Shown: positions 53,937 through 64,000, counted from the first letter of the stretch. The stretch: 64,000 nt of DNA from an uncultured Planctomycetota bacterium (GCA_963737655.1 CAVTTN010000002.1:5344001-5408000), one strand, 5' to 3'. Numbers and translations: made by a program. Notes: generated by a model not told the origin, from the sequence alone.

Positions 53937-54748
53937 GCCCCGGCGACGAGGCGGACGCCGAGCCGATCCCGGCGGTCCAGGTCCGCGACCTCTCTTATCG
54001 CTACCCCGACGGCCGCCCGGCGCTCCGGGGGGTCGATCTGACCGTCCTCCCGGGCGAGAGCGTCGCGCTCGTGGGGCCGAACGGGGCGGGCAAGAGCACG
54101 CTCCTGCTCCACCTCAACGGCCTCCTGCCCGGCAAGACGGGCCTGCACTCTCACGGCGGGCCGGACCCCTCGGCCAACGGCAAGCCGAAGGGGCCGGCGG
54201 TGTGGATCGACGGCGTGGCGGTCGGCCCCAAGACCGGTCCCGAGGTCCGCCGCCGGGTCGGCCTGCTGTTCCAGGACCCGGACGACCAGCTCTTCAGCAC
54301 GAGCGTCCTCGAAGACGTGGCCTTCGGCCCTCTGAACCTCGGCAAGCCGAAGGCCGAGGCCCGGAGGATCGCGATGGAGAGCCTCGAACGGGTCGATCTG
54401 GCCTCCGCCGCCGACCGCGTGCCGCATCACCTGAGCTTCGGCGAGAAGAAACGAGTCTGCCTCGCCGGGATCCTGGCGTGCGAGCCGACGATCCTCGCCC
54501 TGGACGAGCCCACGGCGAACCTCGACCCCCGGGCCCGCCGCCGGTTCCTCTCGCTCCTGAAATCGCTCCCGAGCACGAAGATCATCGCCACCCACGACCT
54601 CGAGATGGTCCTGGAGCTCTGCCACCGGGCGATCATCCTCGACGGCGGGAAGGTCGTGGCCAACGGGCTGGTGAGGAACGTCCTGGGCGACCCGATCCTG
54701 CTCGAGGCGCACGGGCTGGAGATGCCGCTGAGCCTGAAGGTCCGGTGA
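53933..54748 (+). CDS. ECF transporter ATPase (CbiO/NikO)
   Basis: GPNGAGKS, FQDPDDQLF, LSFGEKKR, LDEPT. Confidence 0.92.
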   Translation: MSPGDEADAEPIPAVQVRDLSYRYPDGRPALRGVDLTVLPGESVALVGPNGAGKSTLLLHLNGLLPGKTGLHSHGGPDPSANGKPKGPAVWIDGVAVGPKTGPEVRRRVGLLFQDPDDQLFSTSVLEDVAFGPLNLGKPKAEARRIAMESLERVDLASAADRVPHHLSFGEKKRVCLAGILACEPTILALDEPTANLDPRARRRFLSLLKSLPSTKIIATHDLEMVLELCHRAIILDGGKVVANGLVRNVLGDPILLEAHGLEMPLSLKVR

Positions 54749-54752
54749 CCTC

Positions 54753-54946
54753 GCAGTGGGCAGTGGGCAGAAAGTAGTGGGCAGTGGGCAGTGGGCAGTG
54801 GGCAGTGAAAGAAGAGGTTTCCGTTGTCTGCCATCTCGCATCCGCCATCTTGCATCCACTGCCCACTGCCCACTACCCACTGCCCACTGCCCACCGCCCA
54901 CTGCCCACTGCCCACTGCCCACTGCCCACTGCCCACTGCCCACTGC
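54753..54946. repeat. Inverted heptamer arrays (GCAGTGG) ~8 copies ... (CCACTGC) ~12 copies
   Basis: Read directly; a second 7-mer (CCATCTC/GCATCCG) lies in phase with the right arm. Confidence 0.92.
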
Positions 54947-55026
54947 GCCCTCGACGCCCCCCCGCCGTTCCCGTAGCATCCAGCGGCCTCGACCGACCCC
55001 GGACGGCCCGGAAAGGACCCCCCGCC

Positions 55027-56421
55027 GTGATCCACGCCGATGGCGACGCCGAATTCCACGCCGACTCGCCCCTCAAGACCCCGGGCAACGCCGCCCGGTG
55101 GGCCCGGCTGACGTTCGTTGTTCTGTTTTTGATGAACATGTTGGATTATGTGGACCGCTGGGCGCTTTCGGGGGTGGCCGAGGAGATCAAGAAGGAGATG
55201 AAGATCAGCGACGCCCTCGTCGGGTCGCTGAACATGTATTTCCTGATCAGTTACTCGATCATCAGCCCGTTCATGGGGTGGGCCGGCGACCGCTTCCGCC
55301 GGACGTGGCTCCTGGCGGCGGGCGTGGGCGTGTGGAGCCTGGCGACCGTGGGCACCGGGCTGGCCCGGGACTTCAACCACCTCCGCCTGGCCCGCGCGTT
55401 CCTCGGGATCGGCGAGGCGACGTATGGGGTGCTCGCGCCGACGATCCTGATGGACCTGTTCCCGAGGGAGAGGCGGGCCCGGGTCCTCTCGGCGTTCTAC
55501 CTGGCCATGCCGATCGGCTACGCGCTGGGGGTGATCCTCGGCGGGCGAATCGCGGTGGCCACGGGCAACTGGCGGTTGGCGTTCTTCATCGTCGGCGCCC
55601 CGGGGTTCCTCGCGGCGATCGCCGCCTTGTTCCTTCCCGAGCCGATCCGGGGGACGAGCGAGGGGGTCGATCCCGAGAAGCTCAAGGCCAAGGAGAAGGC
55701 CGGGGCCTCGGCGGCCGACTATCGCGACCTGGCCGTGAATTCGTCGTATACTTACGTCGTTTTCGGACTCTCCGCCTATACCTTCGCGTTCGGCGGGATG
55801 GCGTACTGGCTGCCCTCGTACTTGCAGCGGGTCCACGGCTGGACGAAGGCGGAGGCCGTGGACCGGCTGGGGATCACCGGCCTGCTCGCGGCGATCGTGG
55901 GGATGGCCGGCGGCGGGTGGATCGCCGACAAGCTCGCGAAGACGAACCCGAAGGCCCTCTTCACGGTCTCGGGGACGTCGATGCTCCTGGCGGTCCCGTG
56001 CATCCTCCTGGGGCTGTACTCGAAGCAATGGTATCTCGTGATCCTCTGGCTGTTCCTGGCCCAGGCGTTCCTGTTCGCGAACACCGGGCCGAGCAACGCG
56101 GTGATCGCCAACGTGATCGCCCCGAACATGCGAGCGACCGCCTACGCGATCTCCACATTCGCGATCCACTTCCTCGGGGACGTGTGGTCGCCGATGCTCA
56201 TGGGGTACGTCTCGGACCTCTGCGGCAAGCCCGACACGATGGCCAGCCCAATCGGCACGTTCCTCCGCTCCGTCGGCGCCACGCCGGTGGACGGCACGAA
56301 CCTCGCCGCCGGCATGCTCATCGTCGTCCCGGCCGTGGCCCTGGGAGGCGTCGTCCTCCTCGCCGGAGCCCGGCACCTCCCCCGCGAGATGGCGCTCATG
56401 CTCGCGCGTCTGAAAGCGTAG
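55027..56421 (+). CDS. MFS transporter, spinster-like
   Basis: DYVDR, GWAGDRFRR, ARAFLGIGEA, LPEPIRG. Confidence 0.9.
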   Translation: MIHADGDAEFHADSPLKTPGNAARWARLTFVVLFLMNMLDYVDRWALSGVAEEIKKEMKISDALVGSLNMYFLISYSIISPFMGWAGDRFRRTWLLAAGVGVWSLATVGTGLARDFNHLRLARAFLGIGEATYGVLAPTILMDLFPRERRARVLSAFYLAMPIGYALGVILGGRIAVATGNWRLAFFIVGAPGFLAAIAALFLPEPIRGTSEGVDPEKLKAKEKAGASAADYRDLAVNSSYTYVVFGLSAYTFAFGGMAYWLPSYLQRVHGWTKAEAVDRLGITGLLAAIVGMAGGGWIADKLAKTNPKALFTVSGTSMLLAVPCILLGLYSKQWYLVILWLFLAQAFLFANTGPSNAVIANVIAPNMRATAYAISTFAIHFLGDVWSPMLMGYVSDLCGKPDTMASPIGTFLRSVGATPVDGTNLAAGMLIVVPAVALGGVVLLAGARHLPREMALMLARLKA

Positions 56422-56559
56422 GGTGCATGAAATGCACCGACCCGCGGCGGCCCATCGCCGCCCTCCTTCGTCACCGGTCCCTCTCGCCAGAAAATCGGAC
56501 AAGGATATGGATGGCGGCCTGGGCCGCCGCGTCTCTCTGGTGCATTTCATGCACCCTAC
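56418..56559. repeat. REPIN-like element, family A
   Basis: GTAGGGTGCATGAAATGCACC ... GGTGCATTTCATGCACCCTAC, perfect pair. Confidence 0.88.
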
Positions 56560-56598
56560 TTTGGTGATCCCTGACCCTCCTCGACGGAGCCTCGACCG

Positions 56599-57591
56599 AT
56601 GAAGAAGCCCTTGCACGTCGCGATCACCGGGGCCGGCGGCCAGATCGGCTACGCCCTGCTGTTCCGGATCGCCTCCGGCGGCCTGTTCGGCGCCGATCAG
56701 CCGGTTTCGCTCGGCTTGCTGGAGATCACCCCGGCGCTGCCGTCGCTCAACGGCACCTTGATGGAGCTGGAAGACTGCGCCTTCCCGCTGCTGACCTCGG
56801 TGAAGGCGACCGACAAGGCCGAGGAGGCGTTCGCCGGGGCCGACTGGGTGATCCTCGTCGGCGGTTTGCCCCGCAAGGAAGGCATGAGCCGGGCCGATTT
56901 GATCCGCGCCAACGGCCCGATCTTCACCGGCCAGGGCCGGGCGATCAACGAGGCCGCCGGGCCGGACGTCCGCATCCTGACCGTCGCCAACCCGTGCAAC
57001 ACGAACTGCCTGATCGCCAAATCGCACGCGCCGAAGGTCCCGGCCGACCGCTGGTTCGCCATGACCCGGCTGGACCAGAACCGCGCGGCCTCGCAACTGG
57101 CGAAGAAGGCGGGCGTGCCGGTCGGCCAGGTCACGAACATGGCGATCTGGGGCAATCACAGCGACACCCAGTACCCCGACTTCAAGAACGCGAAGATCCA
57201 GGGGAAACCCGCCCCGCAGGTCATCTCCGACGCCTCCTGGTTCACCGAGGATTTCATCCCGACCGTCGCCAAGAGAGGCGGTGCGGTGATCAAGGCGAAG
57301 GGCGCCTCCTCGGCGGCCTCGGCGGCGAACGCGGCGCTCGACAGCGTCCGCTCGGCCTCGTTCCCGACTCCGGGCGACGAATGGTTCAGCGCCGGGGTCG
57401 TCTCGGACGGCTCCTACGGAGTCCCCGCCGGCCTGATCTACAGCTTCCCCCTGAGGACCGACGGCACCAAGTGGACGATCGTCGAGGGGCTGCCGATCGA
57501 CGACGACGCGAAGAAGCGGATCGACGCCTCGGCCCAGGAGCTCATCTCCGAGAGGGACGCCGTGAAGGACCTCCTCGGCCCGGCCCTGTAG
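56599..57591 (+). CDS. mdh: Malate dehydrogenase
   Basis: [51 protein letters not shown]. Confidence 0.96.
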   Translation: MKKPLHVAITGAGGQIGYALLFRIASGGLFGADQPVSLGLLEITPALPSLNGTLMELEDCAFPLLTSVKATDKAEEAFAGADWVILVGGLPRKEGMSRADLIRANGPIFTGQGRAINEAAGPDVRILTVANPCNTNCLIAKSHAPKVPADRWFAMTRLDQNRAASQLAKKAGVPVGQVTNMAIWGNHSDTQYPDFKNAKIQGKPAPQVISDASWFTEDFIPTVAKRGGAVIKAKGASSAASAANAALDSVRSASFPTPGDEWFSAGVVSDGSYGVPAGLIYSFPLRTDGTKWTIVEGLPIDDDAKKRIDASAQELISERDAVKDLLGPAL

Positions 57592-57702
57592 GGTGGAGGA
57601 AATCTACTGGTGTGCCGGGCGCGTGAAACCATCCACGAACGCAAATGCGGCGGCCGAAAGGCCGCCCTCCGTTCGCCCGGCTCTCCAAATTTCCTCCACC
57701 CT
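57588..57702. repeat. GTAG-led inverted pair after mdh
   Basis: GTAGGGTGGAGGAAAT ... ATTTCCTCCACCCT (14-bp match), with inner GCGGCCGAAAGGCCGC hairpin. Confidence 0.6.
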
Positions 57703-57729
57703 TTGGGAACCGATCGGCCGGCCCTCGAC

Positions 57730-57758
57730 TTGGCAGCGCGGCCCCGGTCGATTACGCT
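57730..57758 (+). promoter_or_regulatory. Putative sigma70 promoter for thrS
   Basis: TTGGCA-N17-TACGCT. Confidence 0.55.
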
Positions 57759-57836
57759 AGGAGGTCCGCCTTTGGCCGGCGTTGTCTGTCGGACGGGGGC
57801 GACCTTTCTTCTCTGGCAGGAAGCGATTTCGGTCTC

Positions 57837-60005
57837 ATGGTCCAGATCAAGCTGCCGGATGGGTCGATCAAGGATTATCCCGACGGCGTCCGCCCTCGCG
57901 AAGTCGCCGAGGGGATCGGCAAGAGGCTGGCCGAGGCCGCCGTCGCCGCCGTCGCCGATGGCAAGATCGTCGATCTCGATCGGCCTCTCGAGGTCGAGGG
58001 CGCCGGGCATCCCGTCGAGTTCCGCGTCCTCACCCCGAAGGACCGCGAGGCGCTGGACGTCCTCCGCCACTCCACGGCCCACGTGATGGCCCGCGCGATT
58101 ATGAGGCTGTTCCCGGGCGTGAAACTGGCGTTCGGGCCGACCACGACCAACGGCTTTTACTATGACGTGGACCTCGGCGGCAAGAGGCTGACCGAGGACG
58201 ATTTTCCGGCCATCGAGGCCGAGATGGCCAGGATCGTCGCCGGGGCCGAGCCGTTCGAGAGGTTCAGCCTGCCCGTGCCCGACGCCCGGAAGTTCGTCGA
58301 CGAGCTCGGCCAGGGGTTCAAGGTCGAACACATCGACGAGGAATTGCACAAATACGGCATCCTCTCGTTCTACCGCCAGGGGGAGTTCGTCGATCTCTGC
58401 CGGGGGCCGCACATCCCCCACGCCGGGAAGGTCGGCGCGTTCAAGCTCCTCTCGATCGCCGGCGCCTACTGGAAGGGCCGCGCCGACGGACCTACCTTGC
58501 AGCGCGTCTACGGCACCGCCTTCTTCGACAAGAAGGAGATGGAGGCGCACCTGGCGCAGGTCGAGGAGTCGAAGAAGCGCGACCACCGACGGCTCGGCAA
58601 GGAGCTCCACCTCTTCACGATCTCGCCATTGGTCGGTTCGGGGCTGGTGTTGTGGATGCCCAAGGGGGCGATCGTCCGGGGAGTGTTGCAGAATTTCTTG
58701 CAGGACGAATTGATCAAACGCGGATATCAGCCCGTCTATACGCCGAACATCGGCAAGATCGACCTCTACAAGCAGAGCGGGCATTATCCGTACTACAAGG
58801 AGTCGCAGTTCCCGACGATCAAGCTCCTGAGCGACGCGGCGATGGCCCTCGTGGCGGCTTTGGAGAAGGGGGACGCCGACGACGCCTTGCAGAAAGTCCT
58901 GCTGGCCGAGGCCCACATCGACGACCAGGGTTACTGGTCGCTGGACCCCGCCGGCCGCGTCGGGTTCGTCGAGGAGCATGGCGTGAGCGAGGAATACCTC
59001 CTCAAGCCGATGAATTGCCCCCATCATATCCAGATCTACGCCGCCCAGCCGCGATCGTATCGCGACCTCCCCGTCCGCCTCGCCGAGTTCGGCACGGTCT
59101 ATCGCTACGAGAAGTCGGGCGAATTGTCCGGCCTGACCCGTGTCCGAGGCTTCACCCAGGACGATGCCCACCTGTTCTGCACTGAAGATCAGGTCCGGAA
59201 GGAATTCCGCGATACCATGGAGCTCACCCAGTTCGTCCTGGGGAGCCTGGGTCTCACGGATTATCGCCTCCGGCTCTCGAAGCACGACCCGGACGACCCG
59301 AAGTACGCCGGCGCGGCGGGCGACACCTGGCGACGGGCCGAGGAGGACATCCGCTCGGTCCTGGACGAGATGCAGTTGCCCTACGAGGAGGCGCCCGGCG
59401 AGGCGGCGTTCTACGGGCCGAAGGCCGATTTCATCGTCCGCGACTGCATCGGCCGGCAGTGGCAGCTCGGGACGGTCCAGCTCGACTACGTCCTGCCCGA
59501 GCGGTTCGGCCTGGAGTACACCGGGGCCGACAACCACCCGCATCGGCCGGTGATGATCCATCGGGCGCCGTTCGGCTCGATGGAGCGGTTCATGGGCATC
59601 CTGATCGAGCACTTCGCCGGGGCGTTCCCGCTCTGGCTGGCCCCGGAGCAGGTCCGGGTCCTGCCGATCTCGGACAAGGCGGCGGACTACGCGGCGAAAG
59701 TCCTCGCCGAACTTCGTTCGGCCGGGCTCCGGGCGGAGATCGATTCGAGGCCGGAGAAGATCGGGGCGAAGATCCGCGATGCCCAGTTGGAGAAGGTGCC
59801 GGCGATGCTCGTGGTGGGGGCGAAGGAGGCGGACTCGGCCACCGTCTCGTATCGCGACCGGGTCGACGGCGACCTCGGGGCCATGCCGTTGGCCGAAGCG
59901 ATCGCGAAATTGAAGGCCGAGAGCGACTCGCGGACGATCCGGGGCGTCGCCGCCCCCGTGGTCCCGCCCCCCTCCGACGAGGGCGGCGAACGGCACGCGT
60001 ATTGA
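57837..60005 (+). CDS. thrS: Threonine--tRNA ligase
   Basis: TGS domain, RHSTAHVMA, DLCRGPH, KPMNCPHH, RVRGFTQDDAH, HRAPFGSMERF. Confidence 0.97.
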   Translation: MVQIKLPDGSIKDYPDGVRPREVAEGIGKRLAEAAVAAVADGKIVDLDRPLEVEGAGHPVEFRVLTPKDREALDVLRHSTAHVMARAIMRLFPGVKLAFGPTTTNGFYYDVDLGGKRLTEDDFPAIEAEMARIVAGAEPFERFSLPVPDARKFVDELGQGFKVEHIDEELHKYGILSFYRQGEFVDLCRGPHIPHAGKVGAFKLLSIAGAYWKGRADGPTLQRVYGTAFFDKKEMEAHLAQVEESKKRDHRRLGKELHLFTISPLVGSGLVLWMPKGAIVRGVLQNFLQDELIKRGYQPVYTPNIGKIDLYKQSGHYPYYKESQFPTIKLLSDAAMALVAALEKGDADDALQKVLLAEAHIDDQGYWSLDPAGRVGFVEEHGVSEEYLLKPMNCPHHIQIYAAQPRSYRDLPVRLAEFGTVYRYEKSGELSGLTRVRGFTQDDAHLFCTEDQVRKEFRDTMELTQFVLGSLGLTDYRLRLSKHDPDDPKYAGAAGDTWRRAEEDIRSVLDEMQLPYEEAPGEAAFYGPKADFIVRDCIGRQWQLGTVQLDYVLPERFGLEYTGADNHPHRPVMIHRAPFGSMERFMGILIEHFAGAFPLWLAPEQVRVLPISDKAADYAAKVLAELRSAGLRAEIDSRPEKIGAKIRDAQLEKVPAMLVVGAKEADSATVSYRDRVDGDLGAMPLAEAIAKLKAESDSRTIRGVAAPVVPPPSDEGGERHAY

Positions 60006-60067
60006 ATGAAGGCGGAAGCGGCCCCGTCGTCCGGCAGATCGACCGTCGCCCAGGGGGCCGACCCGAC

Positions 60068-61630
60068 ATGCTCAAGCAGTGGCTGATCATCCTCCTGATC
60101 CCCCTGGTCTTCCAGCTGGGGCTCTTGCTGGTGCTGTTCAAGGTCCAGTCGGACTACGCCTCGGCCAATGCGCTGGCTCTGCACACGGGCGATGTGATCG
60201 CGGAGGCCGAGGGGCTGGCCCGTCAGCTCGTGACGTTGAGGAGCGCCGTCCTGGGCCTGGCCCTGACCGGGGATTCCGGGGGCCAGCCGCTGGAGCCGGT
60301 CGTCGCGGAGGTCTCGCGTCGCCTGGGCACCCTGGGCGACCTGGTAAACGACAACTCGCTCCAGGCGGCCCGGCTCCGGGAGGTCCGCGTCAAGATCGAG
60401 TCGTTCTCCGACTGGATGGCCGAGACGTACCGGCTCCTGGAATCGGGTCGCCGGCCCGAGGGCCTGGCGCGGATCCGGACGCAGGACGGGCGAAATCGGC
60501 TCAACGACATCCAGGCCCGGATGAAGGAGTTCCTGGCGGAGGAGGCCCGGTTGGACGTCCTCCGCCGCAGGCGGTTGTCCTGGGCCGGGGTGTGGCAGAG
60601 CCGGGCCACGATCGTCGGGGTGGTCCTCTCGTCGGGCCTGTCGTTCGTCCTGGCCCTGTGGTTCCACCGGCGGTTCGCCCGGCGGGTCGAGTCGCTGGCG
60701 GAGAATGCGAGGAGGCTCGCCCAGGGCCGGACGCTGGCCTCGCCGATGGTCGGCGGGGACGAGGTCGCGGCGCTGGACTCGGTCTTCCACGCGATGGCCC
60801 GGGCCCTGGCCGAGCGCGACCAGGAGAACGAGATGTTCATCTACAGCGTCTCGCACGACCTGCGAAGCCCCCTGGTGAACCTCCAGGGGTTCAGCAAGGA
60901 GCTGTCCTATAGTTGCGACGACCTGCGATCGCTGATGGCCCGGCTGGAGAAGCCGCCGGAGGTCGAGGCGAAACTCAAGGTGATCCTGGACGAGGACATG
61001 GCGTCATCGGTCCACTTCATCCAGAACGCGGTGTCGCGACTCTCGGCGATCATCGACTCGCTGCTGAGGCTCTCGCGGGCCGGCCGGGTCGAGTATCGGT
61101 TCGCCGAGGTCGACGTGGAGAGGGTGATCCGGCGGGTCGTCGAGGCGCTCCGGGGATCGACCGAGGAGCGCGGGGCCCGGATCGAGGTTCGTCCCCTGCC
61201 GCCGGCCTGGGCCGACGCCACGGCGCTGGAGCAGGTCTTCGCCAACCTGCTCTCCAACGCGGTGAAATACCTGGACCCGGCCCGCCCGGGCCGGATCCTG
61301 GTCGAGGCCCTGGAGCCGGAGCCGGGAGCGGCGGAGGGCCCGATCACCTTCGCGGTCCGGGACAACGGGCTGGGCATCCCCCAGGCCCACCAGGCCAAGC
61401 TGTTCCTGGCGTTCCAGAGGCTGCATCCCTCGGTGGCGCCGGGCGAGGGCGTGGGCCTGGCCCTGGCCCGGCGGATGGTCGAGCGGATGGGGGGCAAGGC
61501 CTGGGCCGAATCCGAGCCCGGGGTGGGGTCGTCGTTCTTCGTGACCTTGCCTCGCCGGGGCGCGGAGGCTACGCTCGACGGATCGAAATCGCTCGCGGCC
61601 CTCGCCGTCAGCCCCGGAGGTCGCTCCTGA
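60068..61630 (+). CDS. CHASE3-HAMP sensor histidine kinase
   Basis: Two TMs flanking CHASE3-like region; YSVSHDLRSPL, NLLSNAVKY, DNGLGI, GEGVGLA. Confidence 0.9.
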   Translation: MLKQWLIILLIPLVFQLGLLLVLFKVQSDYASANALALHTGDVIAEAEGLARQLVTLRSAVLGLALTGDSGGQPLEPVVAEVSRRLGTLGDLVNDNSLQAARLREVRVKIESFSDWMAETYRLLESGRRPEGLARIRTQDGRNRLNDIQARMKEFLAEEARLDVLRRRRLSWAGVWQSRATIVGVVLSSGLSFVLALWFHRRFARRVESLAENARRLAQGRTLASPMVGGDEVAALDSVFHAMARALAERDQENEMFIYSVSHDLRSPLVNLQGFSKELSYSCDDLRSLMARLEKPPEVEAKLKVILDEDMASSVHFIQNAVSRLSAIIDSLLRLSRAGRVEYRFAEVDVERVIRRVVEALRGSTEERGARIEVRPLPPAWADATALEQVFANLLSNAVKYLDPARPGRILVEALEPEPGAAEGPITFAVRDNGLGIPQAHQAKLFLAFQRLHPSVAPGEGVGLALARRMVERMGGKAWAESEPGVGSSFFVTLPRRGAEATLDGSKSLAALAVSPGGRS

Positions 61631-62082
61631 TGTCCGCCGAGAGCCTGACGATCCTTCTGGCCGAGGACGACGACGGCCACGCCAGCCTGATCCGACGCAA
61701 CCTGGAGCGCGCCGGGCTCGTCAACGGATTCATCCGCGTGAGGGACGGCCAGGAGGCGCTGGACGCGATCCGAGGGCAGGGCGACTACGCCGCCCAGGAG
61801 ATCGCCCGCCACAACGTCCTCCTGCTCCTGGACATCAACATGCCCCGGGTGGATGGCGTGGAGGTCCTCCGCCTGCTCAAGGGCGACCCGACGACCGCCA
61901 CGATCCCGATTATCATGCTGACCACCACCGACGACCCCCGCGAGGTCGAGCGGTGCTATGCGCTGGGCTGCAATGTTTATGTCACCAAGCCCGTCGATTA
62001 TGATGGCTTCATCAACGCCATCCGACAGCTCGGGTTGTTCCTTCAGGTCGTCCGCGTCCCGGGGCAAGGGCGGCAGCCCTGA
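61630..62082 (+). CDS. Single-domain response regulator (Rcp1-like)
   Basis: ILLAEDD, LLDINMPRVDG, MLTTTDD, YVTKP. Confidence 0.92.
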   Translation: MSAESLTILLAEDDDGHASLIRRNLERAGLVNGFIRVRDGQEALDAIRGQGDYAAQEIARHNVLLLLDINMPRVDGVEVLRLLKGDPTTATIPIIMLTTTDDPREVERCYALGCNVYVTKPVDYDGFINAIRQLGLFLQVVRVPGQGRQP

Positions 62083-62139
62083 GCCGGCCCCCTCCGCCCC
62101 TCGTCTCACCGACCGACCCGCCCTCGGGGATCGCCCGTC

Positions 62140-63717
62140 ATGCCAGAGACCCCGACCGGGACGGTCCTGATCCTCGAGGACGACGCCGGGATCGCCCAGC
62201 TCGAGCGCAGGAGGCTCGAGCGCGCAGGGTTCTCCGTCGCCGTCTCCTCCTCGGCCGAGGAAGCTCGCGCCGCCCTGGCCGCGGGCGGGGTGGACCTCAT
62301 GGTCCTCGACTACAAGCTGAATGAGGCCGCCACCGGGCTGGACTTCTACCGGGACCTGAGCGAGACCGGGCTGGGCGTCCCCTCGATCCTGGTGACCGGC
62401 TTCGCCGACGAGGCCATGCTCGCCCGGGCCCTGCGCGAGGGGGTCCGCGACTTCCTCCCCAAGACGCCCGACTACCTCGATTTCCTCGTCCCGGCCGTCG
62501 TCCGCGTGATGGACCAGATCCGCATCGAGCGCGAGCTCCACCTCCAGCGAGAGCAGCTCTTCCGCGAGCAGGCCGCCCGCCTGGAAGCCGAGGCCGAACG
62601 CAAGGCCCTGGCCGAGGAAGACCGCCGCAAGGACGAATTCCTCGCCATGCTCGCCCACGAGCTGCGGAACCCCCTGTCGGCCATCTCCAGCGCCGTGAAC
62701 CTCGCCCGCGCCACCCCCTCCGACGAGCACCGCGACTGGTCCAACGAGGTCATCACCCGCCAGGTCAAGCACCTCACCCATCTGATCGACGACTTGCTGG
62801 ACGTCTCGCGAATCCGCCTGGGGAAGATCCAGCTCCGTCGCCAGCCCCTGGAGGCGGCCGAGGTCATGGCCCGCGCCGTCGAGACCGTCCGGCCCCTCCT
62901 GGAGAGGAAGAGGCACGGCCTGGCGGTCTCGATCGAGCCGGGCCCTCTCCGCGTCGATGCCGACCCGACGAGGCTGGAGCAGGTCCTGGTCAACCTGCTG
63001 ACCAACGCCGCCAAGTACACCGACGAAGGCGGCCGGATCGCGATCTCCGCCGGCCGCGACGGGCCGAACGTCGCCTTCCGCGTGAAGGACAACGGCACCG
63101 GCATCCCCCGGGAGATGCTCCCGAGGATCTTCGACCTGTTCATCCAGGTCGATCGATCGCTGGACCGGTCCCAGGGGGGCCTGGGGATCGGCCTCACCCT
63201 GGTCCGCAAGCTGGTCGAGAGCCACGGAGGGACCGTCTCCGCGACGAGCGCCGGCCCCGGCCTCGGGAGCGAGTTCGTCGTCCGCCTGCCGGCCCTGTCC
63301 GACTCCGTCCACGTGGCCCCGAGCTCCTCGAATTCGGGTCGTCGCCCGACCATGGCCGAGAACTCCAAACGGGTCCTCGTGGTGGACGACAACATCGACG
63401 CCGCCAGGGGCCTGGCCCGGCTCCTCAAGGTCGAGGGCCACGACCTGGCCATCGCCCACGACGGCCGCGAGGCCCTCGACGCCGCCCGGGCCCACCGCGC
63501 CGAGGTGATCCTCCTGGACATCGGACTGCCCGGACTCGACGGCTACCAGGTCGCCGAGATCCTCCGTCGCGAGGGCTTCGCCGACGCCACCATCATCGCC
63601 GTCTCCGGCTACGGGCAGGACGAGGACCGCAAGAGGAGCGAGCGAGCCGGCTTCAACCACCACCTGGTCAAGCCCGTCGATCACGACTTCCTCCTCCGCC
63701 TGATCGCCGGGGCGTAG
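62140..63717 (+). CDS. Hybrid histidine kinase (REC-HisKA-HATPase-REC)
   Basis: N-terminal REC, FLAMLAHELRNPL, GGLGIGL, C-terminal REC LLDIGLP. Confidence 0.92.
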   Translation: MPETPTGTVLILEDDAGIAQLERRRLERAGFSVAVSSSAEEARAALAAGGVDLMVLDYKLNEAATGLDFYRDLSETGLGVPSILVTGFADEAMLARALREGVRDFLPKTPDYLDFLVPAVVRVMDQIRIERELHLQREQLFREQAARLEAEAERKALAEEDRRKDEFLAMLAHELRNPLSAISSAVNLARATPSDEHRDWSNEVITRQVKHLTHLIDDLLDVSRIRLGKIQLRRQPLEAAEVMARAVETVRPLLERKRHGLAVSIEPGPLRVDADPTRLEQVLVNLLTNAAKYTDEGGRIAISAGRDGPNVAFRVKDNGTGIPREMLPRIFDLFIQVDRSLDRSQGGLGIGLTLVRKLVESHGGTVSATSAGPGLGSEFVVRLPALSDSVHVAPSSSNSGRRPTMAENSKRVLVVDDNIDAARGLARLLKVEGHDLAIAHDGREALDAARAHRAEVILLDIGLPGLDGYQVAEILRREGFADATIIAVSGYGQDEDRKRSERAGFNHHLVKPVDHDFLLRLIAGA

Positions 63718-63880
63718 GGCGAGGAAAGTGTGCCTCGTCCTTCTCACGGGCCCCGAGCCCGCCGAGAATCGTCCCCCCGCCAACCAAGCGATCTCGATGG
63801 CCTCCCCCTCGGTCTGGTACGGTGACATGCCCGGCCGGGGCCGTCCGGCCGGAGTTTGAGACGGCCGAGCGAGGGGATCG

Positions 63881-64000
63881 ATGGCGCTTCTGAGTCTCAG
63901 CGGGGTGTCTCTGGCGTTCGGCGGGCCTCGGCTCCTGGACGGCGTCGGCTTGCAGGTCGAGCGGGGGGAGCGCGTCTGCCTCCTCGGCCGCAACGGCGAG
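63881..64000 (+). CDS. ABC-F (Uup-like) ATPase, 5' part only
   Basis: MALLSLSGVSLAFGGPRLLDGVGLQVERGERVCLLGRNG; runs off the window. Confidence 0.75.
   Translation, partial: MALLSLSGVSLAFGGPRLLDGVGLQVERGERVCLLGRNGE

Noticed and set aside
54753..54946. CRISPR array
   Set aside because: 7-nt tandem units without unique spacers; no cas genes in the window.
57592..57836. T-box or tRNA-like thrS operator
   Set aside because: No T-box motif recognised and the predicted leader is only about 70 nt.
63714..63730. REP at the hybrid kinase stop (GCGTAGGGCGAGG)
   Set aside because: GTAG present but no hairpin or inverted partner.
57438..63993. Long antisense ORFs (852 and 1028 aa, and many similar elsewhere)
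   Set aside because: Shadow frames of real genes in high-GC DNA, with no recognisable motifs.

Overview
GC-rich bacterial chromosomal window. LEPRxLL, DUF1552/DUF1592, ECF-Ser/Thr kinase, Uma2 and DUF1328/CsbD genes point to a Planctomycete (inference). About 50 CDSs: housekeeping (infC with an AUC start, rpmI, rplT, thrS, mdh, yajQ, ppiC-like, uup-like), a three-gene DAB-type inorganic-carbon pump operon, a Ni/Co ECF transporter, two large TPR-containing Ser/Thr kinases, a CHASE3 kinase cascade, a PIN toxin-antitoxin pair and a general-stress gene island. Seven genes carry frameshifts, mostly single-base indels in G/C runs, which look like long-read errors. Strongest leads: (1) five sigma54-type -24/-12 promoters, in divergent pairs, in front of the small general-stress genes (csbD, DUF883-like, yihY, lipoproteins), plus one before dabA; (2) the DAB operon has an extra NuoM-like subunit with degenerate charged residues; (3) intergenic DNA is densely filled with several families of REP/REPIN-like and 7-/9-mer inverted repeats, some nested and some supplying the stop codon of the adjacent gene; (4) an unannotated 44-aa CWPGY protein and an L35 with a ~50-aa tail. 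No rRNA, tRNA, CRISPR array or transposase was recognised.
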